Below, piece by piece: positions 48,701 to 60,660 of a stretch of 64,000 nt of DNA. The translations under genes were made by a program, and so were the position numbers. Positions within the stretch are counted from its first letter, which is position 1, and each line of letters starts with the position of its first letter. The DNA lies in NCBI RefSeq assembly GCF_004010195.1, contig NC_057723.1:66707055-66771054 (forward strand). The letters run 5' to 3'. The stretch is from Chiloscyllium plagiosum (lineage: Eukaryota). The notes beneath the pieces are model-generated. The model made no database searches, was not told the DNA's origin, and saw nothing but the letters and a program-made list of their open reading frames with translations.

Positions 48701-50285
48701 AATAGTGTTCAGGAGGAATGTGTTTGTTTCCAGTTGCAGGGATGGTAAGTGGTTGTTATGTATTGTGGGTATGCTGAATGTGACTCGACGTTTTGTTACA
48801 GGGTGTTGGTCTGCCCAAAGTGGAGTCCAAATTCGTAAACTTTGTGAAAAATGGCTTCAAGGTGGACGACCCAAAGGTGAGTGCTTGACTTCAGTCTTGT
48901 TTGTGAACTTTTTCAGTCTGTGTTGGTGTTTTCCTTGCAGTCTCCTACATGTTTCTTTGCTGTTGTTGAGTTGACTGCTTGGATTGTAAATGCATTATAC
49001 AGCAGCTGAAATGGAGTCTTATCCCAACTAGTGGAATTGCTGAGCAGTTTTATACCTATTCAATCTGGCAAGAAGGTTGATTGTTCCCCTTGAGCCATAT
49101 GTGACGAGCTGGGGCAGAGTGGTGCATAAGATGCTTTGGATACTGGAATTGTTGAAAACAACATGCTGTACATTCTCTGCAGTTCAGGCACGACATGTGG
49201 AGTGACTATTTCCAGCATGTGACATTTTGTCCAAAGTCATTTTAGAAATGTATTGGGTTGAGGAAGTTGACAAAGATCAAGTAGCCACGTTAGGTCAGAG
49301 TATTGTGCAGAATTGTTAGTGCTCATCAGTGCTTTGTAATCAAATTTACAGAAATCTGAATCTGTATGTGAACAGCAAGTTAGAATGGAGGGATGCAGAA
49401 TGGTCTATATGTTCACATTCACAACACAAAACGGTATTGCACCGAAACAGGCTCTTTGGATCACCATGTTGGTGCTGACAATCATGCCATTATAAACTAA
49501 ATCTATCTACCTGCACATGGCCTATATTTCCCCATACCCTCGGTCTTTCTAAATTTTGCTAATGTATCGGATTTTGCCATTTCCCCTCGCAGACAGTCCA
49601 GTCACCAACAATCCTGTTTTTTTTAAAGTTGCCTCGCACATCTCCTTAAACATCCTCCCTCTCACTTGAACCTATGTCCCTAGTATTTGATATTTCTGCC
49701 CTAGGGAATAAGATGACTGACTATTCCACTGTATCTGTGCCTTTCATGTTTTTATATACTTCTATCACGTCACCTCTCTGCCTGTGACACTAATAAAAAG
49801 AATGACAGGTTTGTCCAATCTCTTCCTTGTAACTAATATATTCCAATTCAGGCAACACCAGCATCCTCTCCAAAGCACCCACGTCCATAGAATGGAGGCT
49901 AGAGCTGCACACAATACTCCAGATGTGTCCTTTATACAGCTAGGAAGCTTTGGGGGTTAATAAAACTGTAGAAAAGTGACTAGACTCATAAGTGGATACA
50001 GTTCAAACTATGAGATTGTACTAAATTTGTGTAAAAACTTGAGTGCAATATTATTTACACAAATCTGAGATTTTCTTCATCAGGGAAGTTATGATAGGCT
50101 GTGGTGTTTCTTCCTCAAACTGGGTAAGAATACCTGACAGTGGCCTGTTGATGTTTGATCAGTAGGGCAGAGGTGGTGCTGTCACATGGGCAGCTTCCAT
50201 CAAGACAAGGTATTAATCATATTTTGTTGTTTTACAGATCATTAAAGATCTCTGGGTATGGCGACAGGCAATGGATGGGAAGTAG
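39734..50285 (+). CDS. NPM1: Nucleophosmin paralog B, complete 11-exon gene, 305 aa
   Basis: join(39734..39797,41422..41504,42024..42143,42331..42424,42944..43071,43594..43628,45802..45868,46739..46843,47610..47708,48802..48876,50238..50285). All introns are GT-AG, the 918-nt frame is open, and intron phases match copy A. Confidence 0.94.
40311..40476. other. Assembly gap in NPM1-B intron 1
   Basis: Run of N in a CT-rich tract. Confidence 0.99.
40610..41225. mobile_element. Penelope-like terminal fragments in NPM1-B intron 1
   Basis: Shares the AATTCTGCAAGTACAAATTCACCCC block with 8580-8980 and 34450-34530; degenerate hammerhead arms. Confidence 0.65.
41422..41504 (+). CDS. NPM1: NPM1-B exon 2
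   Basis: (G)[27 protein letters not shown]. Confidence 0.93.
42024..42143 (+). CDS. NPM1: NPM1-B exon 3
   Basis: [40 protein letters not shown]. Confidence 0.93.
42331..42424 (+). CDS. NPM1: NPM1-B exon 4
   Basis: [31 protein letters not shown]. Confidence 0.93.
42944..43071 (+). CDS. NPM1: NPM1-B exon 5
   Basis: (A)[42 protein letters not shown]. Confidence 0.88.
43594..43628 (+). CDS. NPM1: NPM1-B exon 6
   Basis: [11 protein letters not shown](E); CAG acceptor, GTGAGT donor. Confidence 0.87.
44123..44158 (-). ncRNA. Minimal type I hammerhead ribozyme motif (second PLE family, intact)
   Basis: Minus strand reads ATTC-CTGAAGA-A-GGGC-CTGT-GCCC-GAAA-CG-TC-GAAT, with a GUC cleavage triplet, inside a PLE terminal fragment at about 44029-44230. 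Confidence 0.7.
44720..45035 (-). mobile_element. HE1-type SINE, young full-length copy (NPM1-B intron 6)
   Basis: Near-consensus sequence with CpGs retained and a (TAATC)n tail. Confidence 0.88.
45802..45868 (+). CDS. NPM1: NPM1-B exon 7
   Basis: [22 protein letters not shown]. Confidence 0.88.
46739..46843 (+). CDS. NPM1: NPM1-B exon 8
   Basis: [35 protein letters not shown]. Confidence 0.88.
47610..47708 (+). CDS. NPM1: NPM1-B exon 9
   Basis: [33 protein letters not shown]. Confidence 0.9.
47745..48046 (-). mobile_element. HE1-type SINE (NPM1-B intron 9)
   Basis: Near-consensus; absent from the corresponding intron of copy A. Confidence 0.88.
48802..48876 (+). CDS. NPM1: NPM1-B exon 10
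   Basis: [25 protein letters not shown]. Confidence 0.92.
50238..50285 (+). CDS. NPM1: NPM1-B exon 11 (last coding exon)
   Basis: [15 protein letters not shown]-stop. Confidence 0.9.
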   Translation: MIKDLWVWRQAMDGK

Positions 50286-50332
50286 AAAAATGTTTTTATG
50301 TGCAAAAATGTTTACATGCGTCAGTCATTGTA

Positions 50333-50338
50333 AATAAA
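50333..50338 (+). terminator. NPM1-B poly(A) signal AATAAA
   Basis: About 50 nt after the stop, followed by GT/T-rich sequence. Confidence 0.75.
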
Positions 50339-51887
50339 CCAATGTGTTTTATAATTGTGCCTCATTGTATTATGTTTCAAACTGCACCACATAGATCAGC
50401 AAACAATATGATACTGGGTGAACAGAGGGCAAGGTATGAGTATTAGAGTTTTGAATGAGCTAAATTGGACAAGATCGGAGAAAGGAGCAATGGTGTATTG
50501 AATAGTTCATTCTGGAAGTAACATGATTTCAGATTAGATATTCAGTCCCTGATTAGGGAGAGATGTGAATCAGAGGCTAGGATGAGAGGTTTTCCCTTCT
50601 TACCCTACACTTAACAACAGCAGAAACCCAAAGTCATAAATATCCATCACTGACACCTGCAAGTCTTTCAAGTCCTAGTACCCACAGGTGTCTACAGTGT
50701 TTTGTACAGATGTGGAAGAACAATCATTTTCTTCCTCTTCCCTTTTGATTAGGTGAAAAAAGGGGGAAAAAGCCTGCACAATCTTACATTCCATAATTAC
50801 TAATAGGGGTTGGCACAAACTGGACTTGCTGATTGCCATGTCATTTAATTTTGGGCCTCCCCAGGATGATGACAATTGTCCCACTTGTTTCTCTCCCCCC
50901 CCCCCCCCCCCGACAATGAATCTACCTCTTGTAAATTCCTTGAAAGACTTTGCTTTGGAAAGTGTATACATATGAGCATTGACTAGCCCCTGCTGTTTCC
51001 CATGTAGGTAATGGACAGTGATACGATGGAATAGAAATGAGCACATTGCCATTTAGTTAACTCTTGATATGAGCTCCAACCTGCCTTTAGATTTGAGAAT
51101 TTGATATAAATCCACTTTTTTTAAAAAAAGCTATAGTTTCCTTTCTCTGACCCCTTGGAGTCTGACTTGCAAAAGATCCAATGCTGCTGTCTTTTTGTGA
51201 ATATTAACATTATTCACATTTTGGGTGATATGATTGGACTGTTTAAAGTACTTTAGGAATTTGGCCAAAAGGTGTTTTCATGGAAATGTTGAGGTAAGTA
51301 TCTAGTTTCAATGCAATCCATAAAAAGATGACTAAGCTTTTATTGGCCTCCCTCACAACTGCTATGGACCAGGGTGTATTAGATAGTTCTGATATAACAT
51401 AGTACCAATCTCATGATCTCCCATAAGAAAACTGGACTTGCATCATAGCTAATGCACTTAAGGAAAGTTTGCATTCTACAATTGTGTTGAAACTGATTTG
51501 AGATGAAGACACTTGTTATAGCAGGACTAACTGTAGTAAAATCTAGTGAAGGATCTAAAGAACTTTATAAGATTTGCTGTAATAAATGAGAGAGCTGTAT
51601 TGAGCTCTAGTTTTAAAAACACAAATCCTCTGGCCTGGATGAATTGCACCGAAGGCTGCTATCGTAGGTGAAGCAGGGAATTGCAGGTACGGTGACATTT
51701 TTAATTCTCTGGCCACAGGCGAACAGCCAGAGGATGGAAGGACAGGAATTGTCCCACTTTTTAAGAAGGGTGGTAAAGATGAACTAGTAAATTACTGACC
51801 AGTGTGTGTCTCATCAGTGGTCGGGAGGCTATCGGAGAATATTCTGAAGGAGCAAATTAATACCTACTTGGAAAGGCATAGGCCATT

Positions 51888-52195
51888 TGGGGCGGCATGG
51901 TGGCTCAGTGGTTAGCACTGCTGCATCACAGCACGAGGGTCCCAGGTTCGATTCCAGCCTTGGGCGAGTGTGTGGAGTTTGCACATTCTCCCTGTGTCTG
52001 ATGAGTTTCCTCCAGGTGCTCTGGTTTCCTCCCGCAGTCCAAGGATGTGCTAGTCAGGTGAATTGGCCATGATAAATTGGCCCTTAGTGTTTGGTGCATT
52101 AGTCAGCGGGAAATGGGTCTGGCCAGGTACTCTTCAGAGGGTCGGTGTGGACTTGTTGGGTCAAAGGGCCTGTTTCCACACTATGAATCTAATCA
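51888..52195 (+). mobile_element. HE1-type SINE
   Basis: Consensus head and tail; nested in a CR1. Confidence 0.82.
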
Positions 52196-52306
52196 ATTAG
52201 GGCCAGTCAGCATAGGTTTGTCAGAGGGGTGTGTTCCCTGACAAATCTGTTATAATTTATTGAAAATGAGATCAAATGTGTAGGTGAGGGAAGTTAATGT
52301 AGTTTA

Positions 52307-52426
52307 CAGAACAACCTTGATTATCCGAATGAGACTATGTTGGGTGTTTTGTTCGAATAAGGTTTTTAACAGGACCTTGAAATCTTGTTTGGATAATCTG
52401 AAATTTGGATAACCGAGGTTGTTCTG
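52307..52426. mobile_element. Tc1/mariner (pogo/Tigger-like) MITE
   Basis: TIRs CAGAACAACCTTGATTATCC and GGATAACCGAGGTTGTTCTG; TA duplication on both sides. Confidence 0.75.
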
Positions 52427-53559
52427 TACGTAGGTTTTAGCAAAGCTTTTGACAATGTCCCACATGGCAGACTGAGAAGGTTAAAGCATGGAATTGAGGG
52501 TAACTTGGCAAGATTGATCAGAAACTGGCCTAGTAATAGGACACACAGTAGCAGTAAAAGGCTGAGTGACTGGATGCCAGTACCTGACAGTCTACCACAA
52601 GGATCAATACTGCGGCTTTTGTTTACCAATCTTTGTATCATTTGTTTTTGGAGTGGGTAATAGTGAAGAAGAATAGGTTATTGGACAATTATAGATGGGC
52701 AGACCATTGGCTGTTGGTATTTAACCCTGACAAGTGTGAGGTGATGCACCTTGGAAGAAGAAACAAGATGCGGGAGTATCCGAGGAACTGAGGGATACTG
52801 GGGTAATGCCTAGAGTCAGCAGAGCATGTGAATAGGATAGTTAAGGCATATGGGACACTTGCTTTCATCAGTTGTGGCATAGACTATTAAAGCAAGGAGG
52901 TAATGTTGGGAGTTGGCCAGGCCACAGCTGGAGTGCTGTATATAGTTCTGGTCACCACGACAGGAAGGATTTCTTCGTATTGGGGGGGGCTACAGAGGAG
53001 ATTCACCAAAATGTTGCCTGGGGTGGAGAAATTGAGCTACAAGGAAAGATGAGTTATTCTTGTACTGTTTAAAGCCAAGAAGAGTGGGATGGAGAGGAGG
53101 TAATGAGGGGTATGAATAGTAGTTGTTCCCCTTGATCGAGGGGTTGATCACACAAGAGCAGTTTTAGGGTAAGGAGTAGGAGATTGAGAGTGCACAGCCT
53201 AGGCAGGGGTTGGGTATGGAGTTAGTGCCACATCTCTATAAAGAATTCACCTCTGTGGGTAAAGTTTACTCAGGAAGAACAGGGAAAGTAGTTATAATTT
53301 CAAGGGATATGGGATCTGGTAAGTGTCTAATAGAGATGGACGTATTTGCACTCTTTCTGACCTGTTACCCAAGAGAGTGGTAATTTGTGGAATACGTGAA
53401 TAGAAGTGTATCGTTCATCTGTGTAAGATCAGGTTGGAGAGCCAAATCAAGACTGGGGAAGTAACAGTGGGAGTGACTGACAGTGTCAGTTCCAGAAATT
53501 CGATTTGTTTTTGGGAACAATTTAGCAGGATCCAAGGTGGGAGTGACACCCCTTGTTGT

Positions 53560-54208
53560 GGAGAAGCCAAAGGAAGACTAAGGAATTGAGGAGTTAAGAG
53601 AAAAATACCCTGCAATTTTTCCAGAGTGTCCGACTAATAAAACAGCAAGAAGCAAAGACTAAAGAGAAAGATGAAGGAGTTGAGGTTTAGTTAGCGGACA
53701 CCCTGTTTGATGTAATGGTGCAGGAAAAACCTGAACAGGGAGAGGTCAGGCAAAAGTGTTTAGTCTTGAAAGGTTAATGAACTTAGAACAGAAAGACAAG
53801 AGCATAAAAGATATGTATATTGATGCATTCTCAGAAAAGGAATCAGAATGTATACATGAGGGTTATTATCTTAAAGATAGAATCCTAAGATGAAAATGGA
53901 GACCACGGCAGGTTAGTGCCAAGGAGAAATGGGCCGAAGTGCACCAGGTTGTGTTGCCGGTAGCATACAGACAGGAGGTGTTATGGGTAGCACATGAATT
54001 ACCAGTAGGATGTCACCTAGGTGTGAGGGAGACTCAGGCTAAGGTACAAAAACATTTTTATTGGCCTGGGCTGCACAAGGATGTGGTTACATTTTGCCGT
54101 GCATGTCATACATGCCAAATGGTAGGTAAGCCACAGGCAGGAATAAAACTAACACTGTGGTTGTCAAATCCCACATTTGAAGAACCTTTCACGCGGATTA
54201 TGACTGAT
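53560..54208 (+). mobile_element. Ty3/Gypsy integrase fragment
   Basis: Zinc-binding H2C2 motif: VAHELPVGCHLGVRETQAKVQKHFYWPGLHKDVVTFCRACHTCQMVGK. Confidence 0.8.
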
Positions 54209-55790
54209 TGTGCTTTCTTAACAACCCTATCAACCTGAGTGGCAACTTTCAAGGAGCTATGTACATGGACACTGAGATCTCTCTGCTCATCTACACTACC
54301 AAGAATCTTACCATTACCCCAGGATTCTTTATTTCTGTTACTCCTTTCAAAGTGAATTACCTTACACTTTTCCACATTACACTCCATTTGCCACCTCTCA
54401 GCCCAGCTCTGCAGCTTATCTATGTCCCTCTGTAATCTACAACATCCTTCAGCATTATCCACAACACCACCGACCTTAGTGTCAACTGCAAATTTACTAA
54501 CCCATCCTTCTATGCCCTCATCTAGGTCATATATAAAAATAACAGAAATGCACCCAAAACAGATCCTTGTGGTACCCCACTAGTAACTGAACTCCAGGAT
54601 GAATATTTCCCAACAACCGCCACTCTCTGTCTTCTTTCAGCTAGCCAATTTTTGATCCAAAGTGCTAAATCACCCTCAATCCCAGGCCTCCACATTTTGT
54701 GCAATCCACATCAACCGTTTTACCCTCATCCATCGGTTTGGTCACCTCTCAAAGGACTTAATAAGGTTTGTGAGGCATGACCTACCCTTCACAAAACTGT
54801 GTTGACTATCCCTAATCAACTTATTCTTCTTTAGATGGTTATAAATCCATCTCTTATAACCTTTTCCAACACTTTACCCAGAAGTGAATTAAGGTTCACT
54901 GGTCTATAATTACCAGGGTTGTCTCTGCTATTCCTGTAGACACTGACAACATAAAGATCCAAGTCAAAGGCTCTGCAACCTCTTCCCTAGCGTCCCCGAG
55001 AATCCTAGGATAAATCCCATCCAGCCCAGAGAATTTAGCTATTTTCAGACTTTCCAGAATTGCGAACACCTCCTCCTTGTGAACCTCAATCCCGCCTAGT
55101 CCAGTAGCCTGTATCTCAGTATCCTCCTGGACAACATTGTCTTTTTCCAGTGTGAATACTGATGAAAAATATTCATTTAGTGCTTTTCCTTTCTCCTCGG
55201 ACTCCACACACAATTTCCCACTACTATCCTTGACTGGCCCTAATCTTTCTCCAGTCATTCTTTTATTCCTGATATACCTATAGAAAGCTTTAGGGTTTTC
55301 CTTGATCCTATCCACCAACGACTTCTCATGTCCCCTCCTAGCTCTTCTTAGCTCTCTCCTGGCTAACCTGTAACTCTCAAGTGCCCAAGCTGATCCTTCA
55401 CGTCTCGTCCTAATACAAGCCTTCTTTTTCCTTTTGACAAGAGATTCAACTTCTTTATTAAAACCAGCTCCCTCACTTGACCACTTCCTTTCTGCCTAAC
55501 AGGTATGTACTTATCAAGAACACGCAGTAGGTGTTCCTTGAATAAGCTCCACATTTCAATTGTGCCCATTCCCTGCAGTTTCCTTCCCCATCCTATGCGC
55601 TCTAAATTGCCTAATTGCATCATAAATGCCTTTCCCCTCGCTATAACTCTTGCCCTGCAGTATATATGTATCTCTTTCCATCGCTAAACATAACCAAATT
55701 GTCACTCACCAAAGTGGTCACCTACTTTCAAATCTAACACTTGGCCAGGTTCATTATGTAATGTAATGTGTCCTGTCCCCTTATTGGCCT
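54209..55790 (-). mobile_element. CR1 LINE ORF2 fragment
   Basis: IKENPKAFYRYIRNKR, VTSGVPQGSVLG, WAERWQMECNVEKCKVIHF. Confidence 0.85.
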
Positions 55791-56059
55791 GTCCACACAT
55801 TTCCTGGTACACAGGAAATCCTTCTTGTCTCTCCAAGTGGTGGAGAGAGACAAATAAAACTCCAGATGCTGGAATCCAAAGTAGAGAGTGTGGTGCTGCA
55901 AAAGCACAGCATATCAGGCCGCATCCGAGGAGCAGGAGAATCGATGTTTTTGATTGCCAACATACGCAGTCCTCAATTTCTCCATGGAGTCCAAAGAAGA
56001 CAAGCAGGAGACTGGAAGAACACAGCAAGCCAGGACATGGAGAAATCAACATCCTGGGT

Positions 56060-56920
56060 ATAAATGTGGAGGCTGGTACAATTACAACATTTAAAAGCCA
56101 TCTGGATAGGCACATGAATAGATGGATATGGGCCAAGTGCTGGCAAATGAGACTAGATTAATTTAGGATATCTGGTTGGCATGGACAGGTTAGACTGAAG
56201 GGTCTGTTTCCATGCTCTACATCTCTAAGACTCTATGACTTGTGAGTCCTAATTCAGGATTCTCTAAGATTAACATGCAGGTTCAATTGGCAGGTAAGAG
56301 GGGAAATGTAATATTAGCATTCATTTCCTGGGCTAGAATACATTAGCAGAGATGTGCTGCTGAGGATGAAAAACGCATCTGGTCAGACTGCATTTGGAAT
56401 TTTGTGAGCAGTTTTGGGCCCTGTATCTAAGCAAGTATGTATTGTCATTGGAAGGAGTCTAGAATGATCACAGGGATGAAGGGTTTGTCATAAGAGAAAT
56501 GGCTGAGGACTCAATGGAATGTAGAAGGATGGGGGGGTGTGGGATCTGATTGAAACTTACAGAATACTGAGAGGCCTAGATAGACTGACTGTGGAGAAAG
56601 TATTTCCACTGGTAGGAAAGACTAAGACCCAAGGTTAGAGCCTCAGACTGAAGGCACGACCCTTTATGACTGAGATGAGGAGGAATTTCTTCAGCCATAG
56701 GGTGGTTAATTTATGGAACTCATTGCTGCAGTGGACTGTGGAGACCAAGTCATTGAGTGTATTTAAGATAGAGATAGATAGGTTCATGATTAATAAGAGG
56801 ATCCAGGGTTACGGGGAGAAGGCAGGAGAATGGGTTTGAGAAACATTTCAGCCATGATCAAATGGTAGAGCAGATATAATGGGCCAAATGGCCTAAGTCT
56901 GCTTGTATATCTTACGGTTG
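56060..56920 (+). mobile_element. CR1/HER1 3' fragments
   Basis: VEAGTITTFKSHLDRHM; EMRRNFFSHRVVNLWNSL. Confidence 0.7.
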
Positions 56921-57378
56921 ATCATAAGTGTAGCTGTAAAAGGAGGGTTCACGCAATGGAATGATTAATCCAGAATTGGCGACATTGTCAGAAAAAAGTC
57001 CAATCATTTAAAAAGTCCAATATAATGATGATAGAAAAAAATTCCAGGCTATTCATTTGTCGTCAAATCCAATATTTATAACAACCATCAATAATCGCCT
57101 TTACTAGTAGTTTCATCTTTATCTTTACACTTATCCAACTAGCTTTTCAAAAAAAAAATTACCCCTGCTTTCGATGCTTGCACCATTAACCTATTCTATA
57201 CGTTCACTGAGCTGTGGTGGATTGCATGATAGTTCACTAGATGCTGTGGATCTGTGAATCCCATAGAACAGGTCCTGTAGCCTTTGCAGGAGTATTAAGT
57301 TAAACACTGCAGAGAATCCTAATGGTAGCCTGAGGCTCATTGACAGAGAAATGGGATAACTATCACACAAAAGAAATA

Positions 57379-57555
57379 AGTTAAAAATCACACCACACCA
57401 GAACGCTGCTCCATCAGGTGGTTCACCTTCACCTAATGAAGGAGCAACGCTCCGAAGGCTAGTGCTTCCAAATCAACCGGTTGGACTATAACCTGGTGTT
57501 GTGTGATTTTTAACTTTGTACACCCCAGTCCAATTCTGGCATCTCCAAATCATGA
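57379..57555. mobile_element. Penelope-derived fold-back repeat (degenerate)
   Basis: Same family arms with a mutated hammerhead core. Confidence 0.65.
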
Positions 57556-58837
57556 CAAAAAAAATAGAAGTGGACAGTACAAAATCCTCTTGTTTTCCAG
57601 CAGTAACTGCACAAGGCAGGAAAAAGTGACTCTGTGGTAGATTTCTAACTGTGACTGCATAGGAAGTGAAAGTCCCAGGCTGGGTGCCTCTACTGGTCCA
57701 AAGAAAAGGAGAACAAAGCACAGATCAGCAATGTCAAACATCAGACATTCCTGATGAAGAGCTTATGCTCGTCACATTGATTCTCCTCCTCCTCAGATGC
57801 TGCCTGACAGGCTGTGCTTTTCTAGCACCACACTTTCTAACTCTGACAGCAATGCCAAAGATCACTGGCCAAGAAGGGTTTGGCGAGATACAACATACGA
57901 ATATGCAAAATAGGTTAACAATCACAGGTTATGTGAGTTTTAACTTTGTCCACCCTAGTCCACCACCAGCACTTCCACATCATGCAAAACAGGAGCAGGG
58001 CGAGGTTTCTCAGTCCCTCAAGCCAATCAATAAGATCTGTTTTCCCATTTCTATTTACCTCAGTTAACCTACTGCCAAACAAGGATCCATCCACCTCTAA
58101 AAGTATGCAATGGCAAATCTTCACTGCCTTCTGAGGCAGGCAGTTCCAATGTTGCACAACATGCTGTGAGAATACGCATCTTAATTCTGGATTCAAGTGG
58201 AAGTATCCTTTCAAATGCACCTCATTAAGATCCTTCAGGATTGATCAAGTCAGCCCTTGCCATTTGGGGGTCTGAGCAAAAATCTTAATCGTTTTGAGAA
58301 GATTCCCTTCCATCTAAAATTACTTCTACCCCCACCAAACCACGTTCCCCCCCCCCCCCCCCCCCCACTCAGCCCCCACTCACCTCCCCCGAAGTTTTCT
58401 TTTCGAAATTAAACTTAACAAAGGAAACACCAGCAGCTGAGATATGCTGGAATATACGGTTGCAGGGACAGTTTGCCTGCGAGCTAGGAAACCTATTCAC
58501 ACCTCAACACTATAAGAACAATGAACTAACCTTTATGAAAAACTGAATTAAGATAATATGGAGTCTGCACAAATTCCAAGACCTCCAAAGTCAATGGAAA
58601 TTCAATCACATGAACACAGGACATTCCATACAATCAGAAAACCTATTCACTCAGATGGAAAAGAACATTTGCACCTACTCTAATAATCAGGAAAGAAGCC
58701 TGATGCTGCCGGGCCTGCTGCGCTTTTCCAGCAACACATTTTCAGCTCTGATCTCCAGCATCTGCGGTCCTCACTTTCTCCCCTAATAATCAGGAAAGCC
58801 AATTCATCTCAAAAGAATCAACAAAGATACTATTGTA

Positions 58838-59175
58838 GGGCCGCACTGTGGTTCAGTGGTTAGCACTACTGCCTCATAGTGCTAGGGACCCGGGTTCCCG
58901 CCTCAAGCGACTGTGTGGAGTTTGCACATTCTCCCTGTGTCTGGGTTTCCTCCAGTGCTTCAGTTTCTTCCCACTGTCCAAAGATGTGCAGGTTAGGTGA
59001 ATTTGCCGCAATAAATTGCCCATGGTGTTCAGTGAAGTGTAGGGTAGTTGCATTGTTCAGGGGTAAATCTAGAGTTGTAGGATAGGGGAATGGGTCTGGC
59101 TGGGTTGCTCTTCAGAGGGTTGGTGTGGACTTGTTGGGCCAAATGACCTGTTTCCACACTGCAAGGTTTCTATGA
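58838..59175 (+). mobile_element. HE1-type SINE
   Basis: Consensus head and tail. Confidence 0.8.
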
Positions 59176-60044
59176 AACCAGATTTGATGGGGAGATAAGA
59201 GGCCTGCAAATTTCTATAATTGCAGGCCCTCATTTGACCTGGGAGGTTTATTCCCCACAGCTACTACTGGAAAAGGATCCCAGATAGCTTCCACCCTGAG
59301 AGTGAGTCTCACACCATCTCCACAAAGAGGATCCCGACAGCAATTCCAAGGCCTACCGACAGGCCTGTTCCTTACCGGGAAGCCAATGGCGACCAACCAC
59401 AACCTGCAGACCTGAGACCAAACAGTACAACCCGACTGACACCACAAGGCCTCAGACACATCCTGAGGTGAGAACCGGTTCGCAAAATCACCACAAAGTA
59501 AGAAGAACCAAATACTCACCCGATAAATCCAATTGTGTCATACTACATCAGCAGACTCAACCCAGAGTGAAGGCCTACACTGACCAAAGTCTTCATTGAA
59601 GCACCGGGTACGGCCAGCAGCAACAGTCATTTTTAGTTCAAAATCACGAATTTTCCCCAGCAGTGAGCTTATTTCCCAAGACCCCAAAGTTTCCAACCTA
59701 GATAGCAGGGAGCAGGAGGTGGGTGGTTACAGTACAGGGAACCCCAGGAGTAGAAAGCCTAATAATAGTTTCTGTGATTACAAAACCTGCTGTTTTGTAA
59801 TGTTTAACCTGTATTCACTTTAAAAGTGTATCTAATCACTGTCCTCTGTATAATTGTGTCAATTTCGTAGTTTTATTGTATTTGCTTTTTATTTCTTGCA
59901 TTACACTTACTTTTTGTAGTTAAATAAACTCAGAGATTCTTTTTGCCTTGAAACACCTGTCTACTGACTTCCTTGTTTCACATTCCCCAGATAAGCCCAG
60001 TGTTAGAGCCGGGGATCTGGGGATGACTTGAACCACTTAAAAAT

Positions 60045-60660
60045 CAGAAAATTACTGATCGCAAGCCAGAAACCCTACACTTTCTAAACTCCAGTGAAAG
60101 CAAATCCAGCCTGTCCAATCTTTCCTTATAAGGCATTAACTCATTCATGCCTTGAATCAATCTAGTAAACTCCTCTGAACCATCTCCAGTGCATCTAAAT
60201 CCTTCCTCAAATAAGGGAACAAAAACTGCACACAATTTCGGAGATGTTGTCTCACTCATGCCCTGCATAACTGAATTGTGTCCAATCTCTCTCACAATAA
60301 AGGATCCCATTACCTTCTTGATTACTTGCTGTATCTGTGTTTTGATAATCCTGCACTAGAGCACCTAAATCGTTCTTCACCACAGTTGTTCTCTGTTCAT
60401 GTGATACTGTTTTTCTACATTCCTCCTGCCAAAGCGAACAACTTCACATTTTTCCACATTATAAGACCATAAGACATAGGAGTGGAAGTAAAACCATTTG
60501 GCTCATCGAGTCCACTACGCCATTTAATCATGGCTGATGGGCATTTCAACTCCACTTACCCTCACTCTCCCCGTAGCCCTTAATTCCTTGCATAATGCTC
60601 TATCTACTAGATTTTTGCGTCCTCACTCACTCACTCCACTTATCCATATTCATTTGCAAA
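60045..60660 (-). mobile_element. CR1 3' fragment
   Basis: FTRLIQGMNELMPYKERLDRLDLLSLEFR. Confidence 0.6.

Larger units (their letters stand above)
51600..53150 (+). mobile_element. Decayed CR1 LINE interrupted by a SINE and a MITE
   Basis: KSSGLDELHRR, PLFKKGGK, FSKAFDNVPHGRL, FNPDKCEVMHLG. Confidence 0.7.

Noticed and set aside
28847-50285. The two NPM1 copies as an uncollapsed haplotype or a processed pseudogene
   Set aside because: Both have introns, many amino-acid differences and in-frame indels, different promoters and different TE insertions.
59186-60045. Possible solo LTR (contains AATAAA at about 59923)
   Set aside because: No convincing TSD or second copy in the window; left unclassified.
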